The notes under the pieces: generated by a model | What the model was told of the DNA's origin: nothing | Databases searched by the model: none | Seen by the model: the letters and a program-made list of their open reading frames with translations, nothing else | Shown: in pieces, positions 30,342-40,459 of the stretch | Position numbering within the stretch: the stretch's first letter is position 1 | Layout of the letters: every line of letters begins with the position of its first letter | Made by a program: the position numbers and the translations under genes | From: Nitrosopumilaceae archaeon | GTDB taxonomy: Archaea > Thermoproteota > Nitrososphaeria > Nitrososphaerales > Nitrosopumilaceae | DNA length: 64,000 nucleotides | Direction of reading: 5' to 3' | Assembly: GCA_965208905.1 (NCBI GenBank) | Contig: OZ242365.1 | Coordinates: forward strand, 352,001-416,000

Positions 30342-31796
30342 TTGAACCGTATCTTACTTGCCATCATAGTGTCTGGAGTAGCAGCAGGTCTGATATTTGC
30401 AGCATCCATGCCCGAGCAGACCGCTCAGGCCGGTTCTAATAAAAAATTTCATTTTACAGAGACGGTTGTCTCATCATTATCCCCAGGAGTAGGTCATGAG
30501 ACGCACCAACTAAGCATGATACTCTCGCCTAACAAAGGCACAATATATGATGGTTCCATGACGTATACGGCCAGTACCCCTGTACAGTTGGTGGTACTAC
30601 ATGAGATTGACGAGTCAGACGCTCGTGGCCAACCCACATGGACTGTAGATGGTGAAACAGTATATGGTTGGACTTTCATTGATGAGGGCAAATCCTCGGG
30701 TTCGTTTGAGTATACAGGGGCCGCAGTAGGTCTACACACCCGGGGTGATGAGTTTACTGCTACTGTAAGTGTGGATGGATGGATTCGTGGTCAACCCACC
30801 GATATAATACTGCAAAATCCAAGTGTCGACATACCAGAACCCTCCATAGAGTTGGGTGATGCCAGTGTACCTGCCACCATACCCCTACATGCGGGAATGC
30901 ATGATGGTGGAGATATATTATACATAATAACCGATGCCAGTGATGCGGAATGGGCCGAGGATGTATCCGAACGCCAAGAGTGGAGGGTAGAGCTGGCTCC
31001 GCCGCTAGCAAGTGCAGACAATTTGAATACCATGTATGTATTCACCAATGGTGAGAAGGGTGATGGCATATATGGATATCAGAGTGAGGTGTTTGCATAC
31101 ACACCAGAACAGAGCGACAAGTATAACGCCCTAAGCAAACTAGTCGAGATAACCTGGAAGCCAGGCCAAAACCAACAGGTGCAAGAGTACGCATCAGATA
31201 TACTAGATCTCATAGATGCAGGCCGTGTGCTTGTCAGAGACGAGGGCATTGTGGTAAATGCTCCTCAGATAGTGTGGCCAGATGGTCAGATGATGGTACG
31301 CTCTGACCCTACCATAACAAATGATATGGAGTATGGAGGCGGTCAAATAACCGAGATAAATGAAGAAGAGATGACGGTCACATTTGTAGCCCACAGAGGG
31401 TGGGGTCCAGATGGCCGAACCATATATTATATAGTTACAGATGCCACGCCTTCAGACCCAGCAGGGGCCATGGGCGTACTACACACTCCTACAACAGCCA
31501 GTCTCATAACAAACGCAGCGGCCGTGGATCTCTTCCAGTTCTCAAACGGATTGATGAGTTCAGGTCCATTAGGGTTCCAACCCGGCATAGCATCAGCTGC
31601 TCCTGGTGATGAGGAGTACAGTCCCATGTGGCGTATTTACTTGGTATCATGGAATGATCCATCTGCAGCCACTCTCTTGGAGACTCGCGCAGATATTGAC
31701 CGTTATGTAAGTAACGAGATGGTAACCACATCTTTAGCTCGGCCCATGAATACAGACCACATAGTGAACTGTCCGTTTATAGACCCGTTCCAGTGA
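30342..31796 (+). CDS. Exported protein with two internally repeated domains
   Basis: Signal peptide; repeated YI(I/V)TDA...F(T/S)NG...G(Y/F)Q...VN(A/C)P units. Confidence 0.78.
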   Translation: MNRILLAIIVSGVAAGLIFAASMPEQTAQAGSNKKFHFTETVVSSLSPGVGHETHQLSMILSPNKGTIYDGSMTYTASTPVQLVVLHEIDESDARGQPTWTVDGETVYGWTFIDEGKSSGSFEYTGAAVGLHTRGDEFTATVSVDGWIRGQPTDIILQNPSVDIPEPSIELGDASVPATIPLHAGMHDGGDILYIITDASDAEWAEDVSERQEWRVELAPPLASADNLNTMYVFTNGEKGDGIYGYQSEVFAYTPEQSDKYNALSKLVEITWKPGQNQQVQEYASDILDLIDAGRVLVRDEGIVVNAPQIVWPDGQMMVRSDPTITNDMEYGGGQITEINEEEMTVTFVAHRGWGPDGRTIYYIVTDATPSDPAGAMGVLHTPTTASLITNAAAVDLFQFSNGLMSSGPLGFQPGIASAAPGDEEYSPMWRIYLVSWNDPSAATLLETRADIDRYVSNEMVTTSLARPMNTDHIVNCPFIDPFQ

Positions 31797-32004
31797 GTGT
31801 CTCGTATTTGTAGTTTGATTAGATGCAAGTAAGAGAATCAATACCCATCATGTATAACGTATCTACAAAGACTCGACTACAAAACCGTACAATGATGCTG
31901 CGGGTGGAGCGCAAGGCGCCAGAGTTGGAGGCATTTACCTGTGAGACAAGCCCCGATATGTTTAAACTATAATTAATCGCCACAATATCATACTGTGATA
32001 TATT

Positions 32005-32772
32005 ATGGCTGGGAAATTGTACATTGTGGGTGTGGGTCCTGGTCACCATGACCACATGACTTTTCGTGCCAAAGAGGCCATAGCAGAGAGTGACACCATT
32101 GTAGGGTATACTACATATGTAAATCTGGTCGAAGATCTGATAGTAGATAAAGACGTATACAGGTACGCCATGACACAAGAGGTCGAGAGAGCTCATCAGT
32201 GTATAGAGCTGGCAAAGTCTGGCAGTATTGTATCGTTGGTGTCCAGTGGAGACCCAGGAATATACGGTATGGCCGGTCTAATATACGAAGTACTGGCAAA
32301 GTCTGGTTGGAATCCAGATACGGACCTTCCTGTGGAGATAATCCCTGGTGTTTCGGCTCTAAACTCCTGCTCTGCCATAATAGGCTCCCCATTAATGGCC
32401 GACTTTGCCGTTCTAAGTATGAGTGATTTACTAGTACCCTGGGAGATAATTACAAAACGTGTAGAGTCTGCTGCAGCAGGAGACTTTGTAATTGTAATAT
32501 ATAATCCCGCCAGTAAGAAGCGCATTCACCAGCTGCAAGACTCTAGAAATATAATACTAAAGTATAGAAAACCCGAGACTCCTGTAGCCATAATAAAAGG
32601 GGCATATAGAGACTCTCAGACTGTCATACTAACAACACTCGATGATCTTCCAAAACATTCAGAGCATCTAGGTATGATAAGCACTGTAATAGTTGGTAAC
32701 TCATCCACATATACATACAAAGATCTAATGATAAACCCCCGCGGCTACAAATCAAAGTATAACATTACGTGA
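32005..32772 (+). CDS. cbiH: Precorrin-3B C17-methyltransferase
   Basis: GVGPG, SSGDPGIYGMAG, SDLLVPWE, YNPAS, PRGY. Confidence 0.92.
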   Translation: MAGKLYIVGVGPGHHDHMTFRAKEAIAESDTIVGYTTYVNLVEDLIVDKDVYRYAMTQEVERAHQCIELAKSGSIVSLVSSGDPGIYGMAGLIYEVLAKSGWNPDTDLPVEIIPGVSALNSCSAIIGSPLMADFAVLSMSDLLVPWEIITKRVESAAAGDFVIVIYNPASKKRIHQLQDSRNIILKYRKPETPVAIIKGAYRDSQTVILTTLDDLPKHSEHLGMISTVIVGNSSTYTYKDLMINPRGYKSKYNIT

Positions 32773-33805
32773 TGGTTCTCTGAATATCACTGTATAATTC
32801 ATCATTTAGTGGTATTTTGTCTCGTATTGGCTGTAATATTTCAATTAAATTATCCGATACGGTCTTTTTTAAATCGGCAGGATGTATCTTTTTAGCAGCA
32901 AAGTCATTCTGTAGATCATCAAAGTTGTAATATGACATATTGCCGCCAAACTTTTCAGGTCTGTATATTGTTATGTCGTCCCGCCTGTGAAATATTATAT
33001 TTTGTAGAATCTCCAGCAATGGATTGTTCTGTGTATGACCTTGTGGGCACCATGCTCGGGATATCTTTGTTGCAATCTCTTTGTTAGTGTCATGTATTAG
33101 TATACCCGAGTTGGGATCCGACTTGCTCATCTTGCCGGGTATCTTTGTATCTGTGGGCGCCGACAGGCCAGGTAACAGTTTGTGATGTATAGCAACAGGC
33201 ACCTTCCAGTCTACCTTTGGAAATATATCGCGAACCACCATGTGAATTCTTCTCTGATCCATACCTGCATGTACTATATCCAAGTCCAGCATGTGAATGT
33301 CTGTTGCCTGCATGGGAGGATATAGTAGTTTTGCCAGATCAAGGTTGTCCGAGTCGGTCCTGCCCATTATTGTGATTGCCCTTCTGGTTCGTGCCAGACT
33401 CAAATGTTTTGTAAAACGTACAAAATCAGACCAGTACTCTCTTTTATCATCATAAAGGTCTGTTCCCAGTATAATATTTACACCCGGGCAGACCACCTCA
33501 AATGCTCGTTTGTAGTATTTGGCCACTTTAGATATAATATCCCAGTTGCCTTCTAGTTTGTCGTTGATAAAAGTGTGCCAGTCGGCCAGAAATATAGTAC
33601 ATCTTACGCCAGCGCTCATCATATCGTTTATCTTAAAGCCTGTACTGATTAGGCTGCCCAGATGTAGAAATCCGGATATCTCTAAGCCGATGTAGTGTTT
33701 TGGAGAATCGTTTGTCTGAAAGAGGTTTACCAGCTCGTCTCTTGTAACTACCTCTTGTGTGGGTGGCTCGTACATTAAACGTATCTTCTCTTCTATATCC
33801 ACCAT
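32765..33805 (-). CDS. tyrS: Tyrosine--tRNA ligase
   Basis: YIGLEISGFLHLG, YPPMQATD, KMSKS. Confidence 0.95.
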   Translation of the reverse strand: MVDIEEKIRLMYEPPTQEVVTRDELVNLFQTNDSPKHYIGLEISGFLHLGSLISTGFKINDMMSAGVRCTIFLADWHTFINDKLEGNWDIISKVAKYYKRAFEVVCPGVNIILGTDLYDDKREYWSDFVRFTKHLSLARTRRAITIMGRTDSDNLDLAKLLYPPMQATDIHMLDLDIVHAGMDQRRIHMVVRDIFPKVDWKVPVAIHHKLLPGLSAPTDTKIPGKMSKSDPNSGILIHDTNKEIATKISRAWCPQGHTQNNPLLEILQNIIFHRRDDITIYRPEKFGGNMSYYNFDDLQNDFAAKKIHPADLKKTVSDNLIEILQPIRDKIPLNDELYSDIQRTIT

Positions 33806-33884
33806 GATTGTATGTATGAGAAATTGTATAAACCTATGTTCTATGATTTGTCAATTTTTATACGGAGAGTAAAAAGATGTAGTC

Positions 33885-34442
33885 ATGCCTGAGCATCTAG
33901 AAGAGACCGATGCCGCTTACAAGGTGTATCTGTACATATTTTATGTATGTGGCGCCATAATGCTTGGTATAACCATCTTTGGGTTTTATCATTCCACTAT
34001 AGAATGGTTGGAGAATGGCACTTATGTGATGGGTGAGGTAATACATAATACCACAATACCCTTTGAGAACTTTGCCCGACTATCCACCTGGTTGTTCTTT
34101 TCCAGTATAATAGGGTGGTACTGTGTCTCCCGAATAGGTTGGAAGAGGACGGTTGCAGGTAAGATTTCTAGCCGGAGAATGGCGCTACTCCAGTTAATGT
34201 TACTGGGCCTTTTGATAATATCACTATACGAGGTGCTCTACAACTTTACCGTATTAAATGCAAAAATATCTGCGGGTGTCATAAATGGTGTAGTTCCCGA
34301 TATAGATAGATTATACGTGGCGTATCCGGATGCTAACGCTCCATGGAACCTGGTATTTGCAACAAAGGTATTTCTGGCTGCATTATTAATTAGCGCTCAT
34401 GCATTCTATCTTAGTACACGCCCCCGCAAAATTCTAAAATAA
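33885..34442 (+). CDS. Multi-TM membrane hypothetical protein
   Basis: About four hydrophobic helices. Confidence 0.72.
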   Translation: MPEHLEETDAAYKVYLYIFYVCGAIMLGITIFGFYHSTIEWLENGTYVMGEVIHNTTIPFENFARLSTWLFFSSIIGWYCVSRIGWKRTVAGKISSRRMALLQLMLLGLLIISLYEVLYNFTVLNAKISAGVINGVVPDIDRLYVAYPDANAPWNLVFATKVFLAALLISAHAFYLSTRPRKILK

Positions 34443-34461
34443 CTCTCGTTATTCTAATAAA

Positions 34462-35562
34462 ATGATGTTTGATGATTACATACCAATTAATCGTCCCATA
34501 CTAGGTGATGCCGAGATTGATGCTGCTACATCTGTGATAAAGTCTGGCATATTGACATCACCCAAACCTGAAGGTGGGGAGATGGTACAGAGATTAGAGG
34601 GGGCAGTCTGTGACTTTACAGGGGCTCAGTATGCAGTGGCAGTAAATTCAGGTACTGTGGCTCTGCAGGCGGCATTACTGTCACTAAACATAGGACCAAA
34701 CGACGAGGTGATAGTTCCATCATTTACTTATGTAGCCACGGCCAATGCAGTAAGATCGGTGGGAGCTACGCCGGTCTTTGCAGATATATCATTAGACAAC
34801 TATACAATAAGTCCAGATGCCATACGGGATTGTATTACAAGTCGTACTACAGCCATCATACCTGTACATCTGTACGGATTGGTCGCAGACATAAGACAGA
34901 TACAAGAGATATCTGGCAGTATTCCAGTTATAGAGGATGCGGCCCAATCGTTGGGCTCCACCATGTATAATAGACATACAGGTACGCTGGCAGACGTGGG
35001 ATGTTATAGTCTATACCCGGGCAAGGTGGCTACTGCAGGGGAGGGGGGCATAATAGTAACTAATGATCATAAAACATATGAAAGTCTACTGGCCATACGC
35101 AACCACGGCAATGTACGAGGTACTTTTGCAACCTTTGGCATAAATGCTCGTATGCCCGAGGTGTCTGCTGCCATTGCTTGTGTTCAGATTGAGAAGCTGC
35201 CATCATTCTTGGATATACGTCGGCGGAATGCTGCCATATTGAATAGTAGTTTAGATAGTGATGTGGTGAGGTTTCCTGTAATACGGTCTGGCGAGAGCCC
35301 AAACTGGAATCTATATACTGTATCTATAAGGGCACGCGATAAACTACTTTCTACATTAAATCAGAATAATGTGGGCGCCGCCATTTACTACAAGACACCC
35401 ATACATAGGATGTCGCATTACTCATCTAAAACTATACTGCCACATACTGATGAGGCCGCTGCCAATGTAATGTCTATACCCGTCCATCCTGCAATAACGC
35501 CTGATGATATATCAGGGATCTCCAGAATAATCAATAACCACTCTTTTGACGCTGTACATTGA
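34462..35562 (+). CDS. DegT/DnrJ/EryC1/StrS aminotransferase
   Basis: NSGT, PVHLYG, EDAAQ, SLYPGK, GEGG. Confidence 0.92.
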   Translation: MMFDDYIPINRPILGDAEIDAATSVIKSGILTSPKPEGGEMVQRLEGAVCDFTGAQYAVAVNSGTVALQAALLSLNIGPNDEVIVPSFTYVATANAVRSVGATPVFADISLDNYTISPDAIRDCITSRTTAIIPVHLYGLVADIRQIQEISGSIPVIEDAAQSLGSTMYNRHTGTLADVGCYSLYPGKVATAGEGGIIVTNDHKTYESLLAIRNHGNVRGTFATFGINARMPEVSAAIACVQIEKLPSFLDIRRRNAAILNSSLDSDVVRFPVIRSGESPNWNLYTVSIRARDKLLSTLNQNNVGAAIYYKTPIHRMSHYSSKTILPHTDEAAANVMSIPVHPAITPDDISGISRIINNHSFDAVH

Positions 35563-36754
35563 TGTGATTCTTCTTTGTGTATTCGTCTAGTATGTCTTGA
35601 GGCGACATTCCCAGCTCTATGGACGCCTGTACTACAAAGTGCCAGATATCGGCCAACTCTTCCCGGGCAGCCGCATCATCAAATGGTACGGGCCTCTTCC
35701 ACCACTTCCAGTCTGTCAGTCGTTGCAACTCGACCGCCTCGTGTATTATAGCTGTACATAGAGCAGAAACTCTCTTGTTGTTATCATCTGGATACCTGCT
35801 AGAGTCCATTATGGATGCTAGGCTCTTTTGCATTCTGAATATCTCACTTAGTCTATCATCATACATGGATATCATTGAGCTGTATCTTTTGGTACGGTCT
35901 TGAATGTCTGGGGGGGTGAGGTGTAATAGTCCTGTTATATTGTATTGTTCTACTGTGATGGAACCCACCACGTTGCCGTATATGCAGGCTCGTCTCAAAT
36001 TCTCCATACTTACAGTGTTTGTGGAGTTTAAGTATCCCATCACAGCTCCGGCAAAGGAGTCACCAGCTCCGGTGGGGTCTTGTAGCCTGTCTATGGGAAA
36101 TCCTGGAAGTGAATATGTATGGTTATTATGAAATAGTAGTGAGCCATGCTCGGCCTTTTTTATTATTACATATTTTGCGCCCCAACCCTGTATAGTATCT
36201 GCGCACTCTTTTAGGTTATATCTATCTGTAAGAAGGCGCGCCTCATCTTCGTTTATTATAACGGCATCGACCATCTGTATCAACTCTATTATTCTGTCTG
36301 GTACAGACTTTATCCAGTGTTGTATGGTATCACACATCACAAACTTTGGTGCATCAAACTGTTGTAGTATTGCAATGTGTTGGTTCGGGTCAGTATTTGC
36401 CAGATATACAAACTCAGACTTTTTGTATTGTGAAGGGAGATGTGGTTCATAATTTAGTGATACGTTAGGCTCCACGAGTATGTCTATACGGTCCTTAAAG
36501 TTGTTCTCGTAGCGGGCCTCATATCTGAATGTCTTTCCTTCTCTTGTGTCTATACCAGATGTGTTTACTATACCAGACAGTACATCTATGTATGATTTGG
36601 GAAAGTCTGTTCCTGCCACCGCCACTAAATTGGTCTTTGAGAAGCGGCTGGCGGCCAAGGCCGCATATGTGGATGAACCCCCCAAGGCTTCTTTATACGT
36701 ATGATTAGGTGTATGAATGGTATCAAGCACCATCGAGCCAAATATTGTTAACAT
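35531..36754 (-). CDS. PfkB-family kinase fused to a dimeric (all-alpha) dUTPase-like domain
   Basis: GGS, DPTGAGDSFAG; C-terminal EAVEL...WKWWK...EELADIWHF...N..RQ..GY. Confidence 0.82.
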   Translation of the reverse strand: MLTIFGSMVLDTIHTPNHTYKEALGGSSTYAALAASRFSKTNLVAVAGTDFPKSYIDVLSGIVNTSGIDTREGKTFRYEARYENNFKDRIDILVEPNVSLNYEPHLPSQYKKSEFVYLANTDPNQHIAILQQFDAPKFVMCDTIQHWIKSVPDRIIELIQMVDAVIINEDEARLLTDRYNLKECADTIQGWGAKYVIIKKAEHGSLLFHNNHTYSLPGFPIDRLQDPTGAGDSFAGAVMGYLNSTNTVSMENLRRACIYGNVVGSITVEQYNITGLLHLTPPDIQDRTKRYSSMISMYDDRLSEIFRMQKSLASIMDSSRYPDDNNKRVSALCTAIIHEAVELQRLTDWKWWKRPVPFDDAAAREELADIWHFVVQASIELGMSPQDILDEYTKKNHINVQRQKSGY

Positions 36755-36758
36755 TGTA

Positions 36759-36941
36759 TTACACACCACATTTTGTGCATGTCTCAAAGATTGTACCGTC
36801 TAGATGATCAAAGTGAGTTCCACATGTTTTACATGTATGATGCATGTCATAGTATCCGTCCTGTTCGGTTGGCCCTACCTTTTGTGATGTCAAGTCTGTA
36901 CTTTTACATCGTATACAACGGCAGCCGCATTTTGGTGTCAT
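36759..36941 (-). CDS. Small zinc-ribbon protein
   Basis: CxC, CIRC, CKTC, CTKC. Confidence 0.7.
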   Translation of the reverse strand: MTPKCGCRCIRCKSTDLTSQKVGPTEQDGYYDMHHTCKTCGTHFDHLDGTIFETCTKCGV

Positions 36942-36995
36942 GTATGGTATTGTATTAGTTAGAGTCTATATACGTATAATGTCTATCTATAATAG

Positions 36996-37151
36996 ATGGA
37001 TGAGGAGCGTATAATACCTGAAGAGATAGATGATCATTTCAAAATGTATGGCAAAGAGCCTTGGGAGATTGAATACACCAACAAATGTTCGTTGTGCGGT
37101 TCTCGGATTGACGAGTACGGTTTCTGCTCTTGTGGTTCCTGCGGTGAGTAG
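36996..37151 (+). CDS. 51-aa zinc-finger microprotein (not in ORF track)
   Basis: Hand translation MDEERIIPEEIDDHFKMYGKEPWEIEYTNKCSLCGSRIDEYGFCSCGSCGE. Confidence 0.7.
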   Translation: MDEERIIPEEIDDHFKMYGKEPWEIEYTNKCSLCGSRIDEYGFCSCGSCGE

Positions 37152-37210
37152 ATCAAGATTTATTGATGGTCTGTATTATTGCAGAGTTTTCGTTTTAGTG
37201 GTGTGTACTA

Positions 37211-37687
37211 TCATTGTATAGTAACTTTGAGCATCTTGGCTTCCTGCAAAGGGCAGTCGTTGCTGTCTCGGGGCAGGTTGACTATCTTGTCGGCCACATC
37301 CATGCCAGAGACTACCTCGCCAAATACGGTATACTGACGGTCTAAGAATGCTGAGTCTGTAGTCACTATAAAGAACTGTGAGCCTGCGCTGTCAGGGTCT
37401 TGCGCTCTAGCCATGGATACTATTCCTCTCTTGTGTGAGCGAGAGTTAAACTCGGCCTTTATGGTGTAGCCTGGACCTCCCTGGCCCCATGTGCGTTTAT
37501 TATTTGTTTTAGTGTTGGGGTCTCCGCCCTGTATCATAAAGCCGGGTATAACGCGGTGAAAGAGTGTGTTATTGTAAAAGTTGGATTTTGCCAGAGATTC
37601 AAAGTTTCTTACGGTTTCGGGTGCCAATTCAGGCAATAAATGAAAGGATATTGTTCCATGATTCGTCTCTATTACAACTATACTCAT
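37211..37687 (-). CDS. Cytoplasmic cyclophilin PPIase
   Basis: FHRVIPGFMIQGGD, SAGSQFFI, YTVFGEV. Confidence 0.93.
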   Translation of the reverse strand: MSIVVIETNHGTISFHLLPELAPETVRNFESLAKSNFYNNTLFHRVIPGFMIQGGDPNTKTNNKRTWGQGGPGYTIKAEFNSRSHKRGIVSMARAQDPDSAGSQFFIVTTDSAFLDRQYTVFGEVVSGMDVADKIVNLPRDSNDCPLQEAKMLKVTIQ

Positions 37688-37810
37688 TGAATTTTTGTCT
37701 TAACTACATAATAATAGTGTATACTTGTTTGAAATATATGATCAAAAACTCTATAGATCATGGTAAAAAATGGGTAATACCCATCATATGGTCATAAAAA
37801 ATTTAGTATT

Positions 37811-39481
37811 TTATTGTCCTGGCGTGCATTCTCCACCCGTTACGGTGTCATATGTGAACTGTATCACTAATTCTGAACCGGAGATTGCCTTACCTTCTAT
37901 CGTCAAGTCCGCGTCTTCAAACTCTATTGGATAACTATACTTCTCGTTTAGTATTGAGGTGTTGTCTGCAAATGTGAACTCTGCCTTTGTATCATCGCCA
38001 ACCTTTAACTCCATAGTAACAAAGTTGTTAAAGTCAGCAGCACCACTAATACCTGCAGTAACATCTGTAATCCTTACAGTGTTAAGGTCACAATCTAAAG
38101 ATGAGCCATATGTTTCTATTATATCTGCATCTGGTCCCGAAGGTATTGTCGGACTCACAAATACTATCTGATCAACGTTATCAAGTGGAGCTACATCTGC
38201 TGGGGTTATCCTACATTTAGCATCTGCAGCTTCAGAGTGATAGTTTACTGTTACTGAATATACAGTGGCAGCACCAAGTTGTGCTTTGGTAGCGTTCAAA
38301 TTCGTGGCGGTAAGGCCTGTAAGGGCGGTGAACTCAGTCGCTAATGTATCAGCAGTATCACCGATACCCGTAGCATTAGCGGTATTCAACATTGTTTTTG
38401 CATAATGAAATAGTGCAGTTTGTCCAGTACCAGTAATCGCATCACTTTGCTCTGTCGTGGATTTAAATGTCAACGTCTTGCCGGCCTTTAGTTCCATAAG
38501 CTCAAAGTCATGTGCATTGTCATATACTGTGGGACTAGTAATTGTTCCACCAAACTTACTATCAAATAGTACGTTACCACCAACATACAAGGTAGCATCT
38601 GGCTCATTAGCATCGGCAGTTGCATTATAATACACTGGGTTGGCAACATGATCATTGCTTGTCAGAGACCCAGCTCCAGTCCCATTGTACTTGAGTGTGA
38701 TGCTGTTTGTTCCACTAGCAAGAGCACCTTCAGTACCCGCACCAATGGTAGAGCTCACAGTACCAATAAAGACATCAGATTCGCAAGTAAAGTGGTATTC
38801 GGTCGTGTATTTGTTATCTGTGGGTGCTTCGCTTAGTCTATGAGCATACCACGCCAGTTTGACTTCTTGTTCAACTTTATCGTTGGACAGCTGTTCAGGT
38901 GCTGATCCAACTACGGCCTGGGCGGTCTCCTTGACTAAACCTAACTCACCCTGTATTGATTCAACCTCGGTCTGAATTGTAGCAAGTGTACTACTAAACT
39001 CATTAAGTTGGGTCGTTATAGAATCAACCTTATCTGCAAGGTCTCCTACACTGGCATCTCCTGCCAATGTAGATATTTTGTTTTGTATGTCTGGCAAAGC
39101 ATCTGACAGACTTTCAATCTGTGCTTTGAGTTCTGCAGAGTCACTTGCTCTTGTTGTGGCGTAGTTATCAAGTTTGTCCTCAAGTGTATCTACCTTTGCA
39201 CTAGTGGCCATTACATCATCAGATAAATCAGATATTTCACCCGATATTGTGGTTATCTCTGCAGCAACCATATTAAGGGCATCTGTTATAGGTGTAAATT
39301 GACTACCGAAGTTGTTCCAAATTTCGGTAAGTTGTGCAACTTTACTATTAGTATCAGAAGTAGTATCGACAACGGTCGCTAATCTCTCTGTATTTGTCTG
39401 CGCAAAAGCGTCATTAATCGTCACTGCTCCTGCAATCATTACAGCTGATAACAGGAGTGCATGAAATGTTTTTACTTTCAT
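37811..39481 (-). CDS. Secreted surface protein: coiled-coil stalk plus Thr/Ala-rich beta domains
   Basis: Signal peptide ending AFA-Q, ~170-aa heptad region, Cys-containing C-terminal beta region. Confidence 0.75.
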   Translation of the reverse strand: MKVKTFHALLLSAVMIAGAVTINDAFAQTNTERLATVVDTTSDTNSKVAQLTEIWNNFGSQFTPITDALNMVAAEITTISGEISDLSDDVMATSAKVDTLEDKLDNYATTRASDSAELKAQIESLSDALPDIQNKISTLAGDASVGDLADKVDSITTQLNEFSSTLATIQTEVESIQGELGLVKETAQAVVGSAPEQLSNDKVEQEVKLAWYAHRLSEAPTDNKYTTEYHFTCESDVFIGTVSSTIGAGTEGALASGTNSITLKYNGTGAGSLTSNDHVANPVYYNATADANEPDATLYVGGNVLFDSKFGGTITSPTVYDNAHDFELMELKAGKTLTFKSTTEQSDAITGTGQTALFHYAKTMLNTANATGIGDTADTLATEFTALTGLTATNLNATKAQLGAATVYSVTVNYHSEAADAKCRITPADVAPLDNVDQIVFVSPTIPSGPDADIIETYGSSLDCDLNTVRITDVTAGISGAADFNNFVTMELKVGDDTKAEFTFADNTSILNEKYSYPIEFEDADLTIEGKAISGSELVIQFTYDTVTGGECTPGQ

Positions 39482-39841
39482 TTTACATAGATAAACTACT
39501 GTTTTTATATAAACATAATGGATAATGTACTATAAATTTTATCAAAATAGTATAGGTCACCCATCGTATGATGACTGTACAGGCCAGACAGCATTAGAGC
39601 ATTACGATGTACTCAACGGCGGTAAAATATCAAATAGTTCCCCAGAACACTACATCCAAATGCTCTACAATTTTTCTGTCCAAATCTCAGTAAAGTTTAC
39701 CTTCGGCACTCTGCCAGATTTGGAGCAGCCGCATCAAACCAAGGGAACCATATATTCAAGTAAACACGCGTGGTATGCACGTACCTCCCCTAGTGCTTCT
39801 TGGTGCTTGATGTCTTGGGAGCCGTCTGGCGAATGGCCGCA

Positions 39842-39991
39842 TTCTAGACTTTGTAAACATGATGTGGTGTGTTGCAGCTTGGCGAATCTCCCGGGCAGGT
39901 CGTGTGTGGTGTGTATAGTAGCCGTTGGGCGGGCCACAGTATACACAAAGCGCTGGGCATCTTGTGTAATGCTGGCATGGCGCGCTTGCGA
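39842..39991 (-). pseudogene. Decayed N-terminal relic of subfamily-A tnpB
   Basis: SQARHASITQDAQRFVY...TTHDLPGRFAKLQHTTSCLQSLE aligns with SQARHISKIRDSQRFVY...TTYDLSREFTKVRRSVSWLQTVE of 135-1472. Confidence 0.7.
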
Positions 39992-40138
39992 GTTGTACGG
40001 GAGCCGCCCGGGCAACATATGGTGGCACAGTAGCCTCCTTGAAAAATGTGAAACTATGATATTAGGTGTATTCACTCAAATGTATAACTCCTAAACCGAA
40101 TAGAGCCTCTTTAAATACACAATAAATGAGCTTAGTGT

Positions 40139-40384
40139 ATGAGTAAGCCTCAAAGCCAGACCATAAAAGACACAATCATGATACATCTAGGCGAGGGTAT
40201 TACAGATAAACAAGAGATATACACCAAAGTTGCTACAGCCCTAAAGGTTCCTAGGCCAACCGTACGTCGGGTAGCTGGAGACCTGCGTCGCGAAATCGAA
40301 GAGAAGATACAGAGTATGGAGGCACAAAGACAACATATTGAGGGGCAGTTAAGAGTATCCACAAAACCTGCAGGTACATCTTGA
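40139..40384 (+). CDS. Small HTH plus coiled-coil protein
   Basis: VATALKVPRPTVRRVA HTH pattern; TTTAAATA TATA box upstream. Confidence 0.7.
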   Translation: MSKPQSQTIKDTIMIHLGEGITDKQEIYTKVATALKVPRPTVRRVAGDLRREIEEKIQSMEAQRQHIEGQLRVSTKPAGTS

Positions 40385-40459
40385 ACTATTAAAATCACAG
40401 AATGTTATAGAACAATAAGTGTCTGTTACATTTTTTAAACGTACTTTGGGCTTTAAAAT

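Noticed and set aside
39525-40094. 189-aa plus-strand ORF
   Set aside because: Composition is atypical and it overlaps the antisense tnpB relic, so it is probably a shadow ORF.
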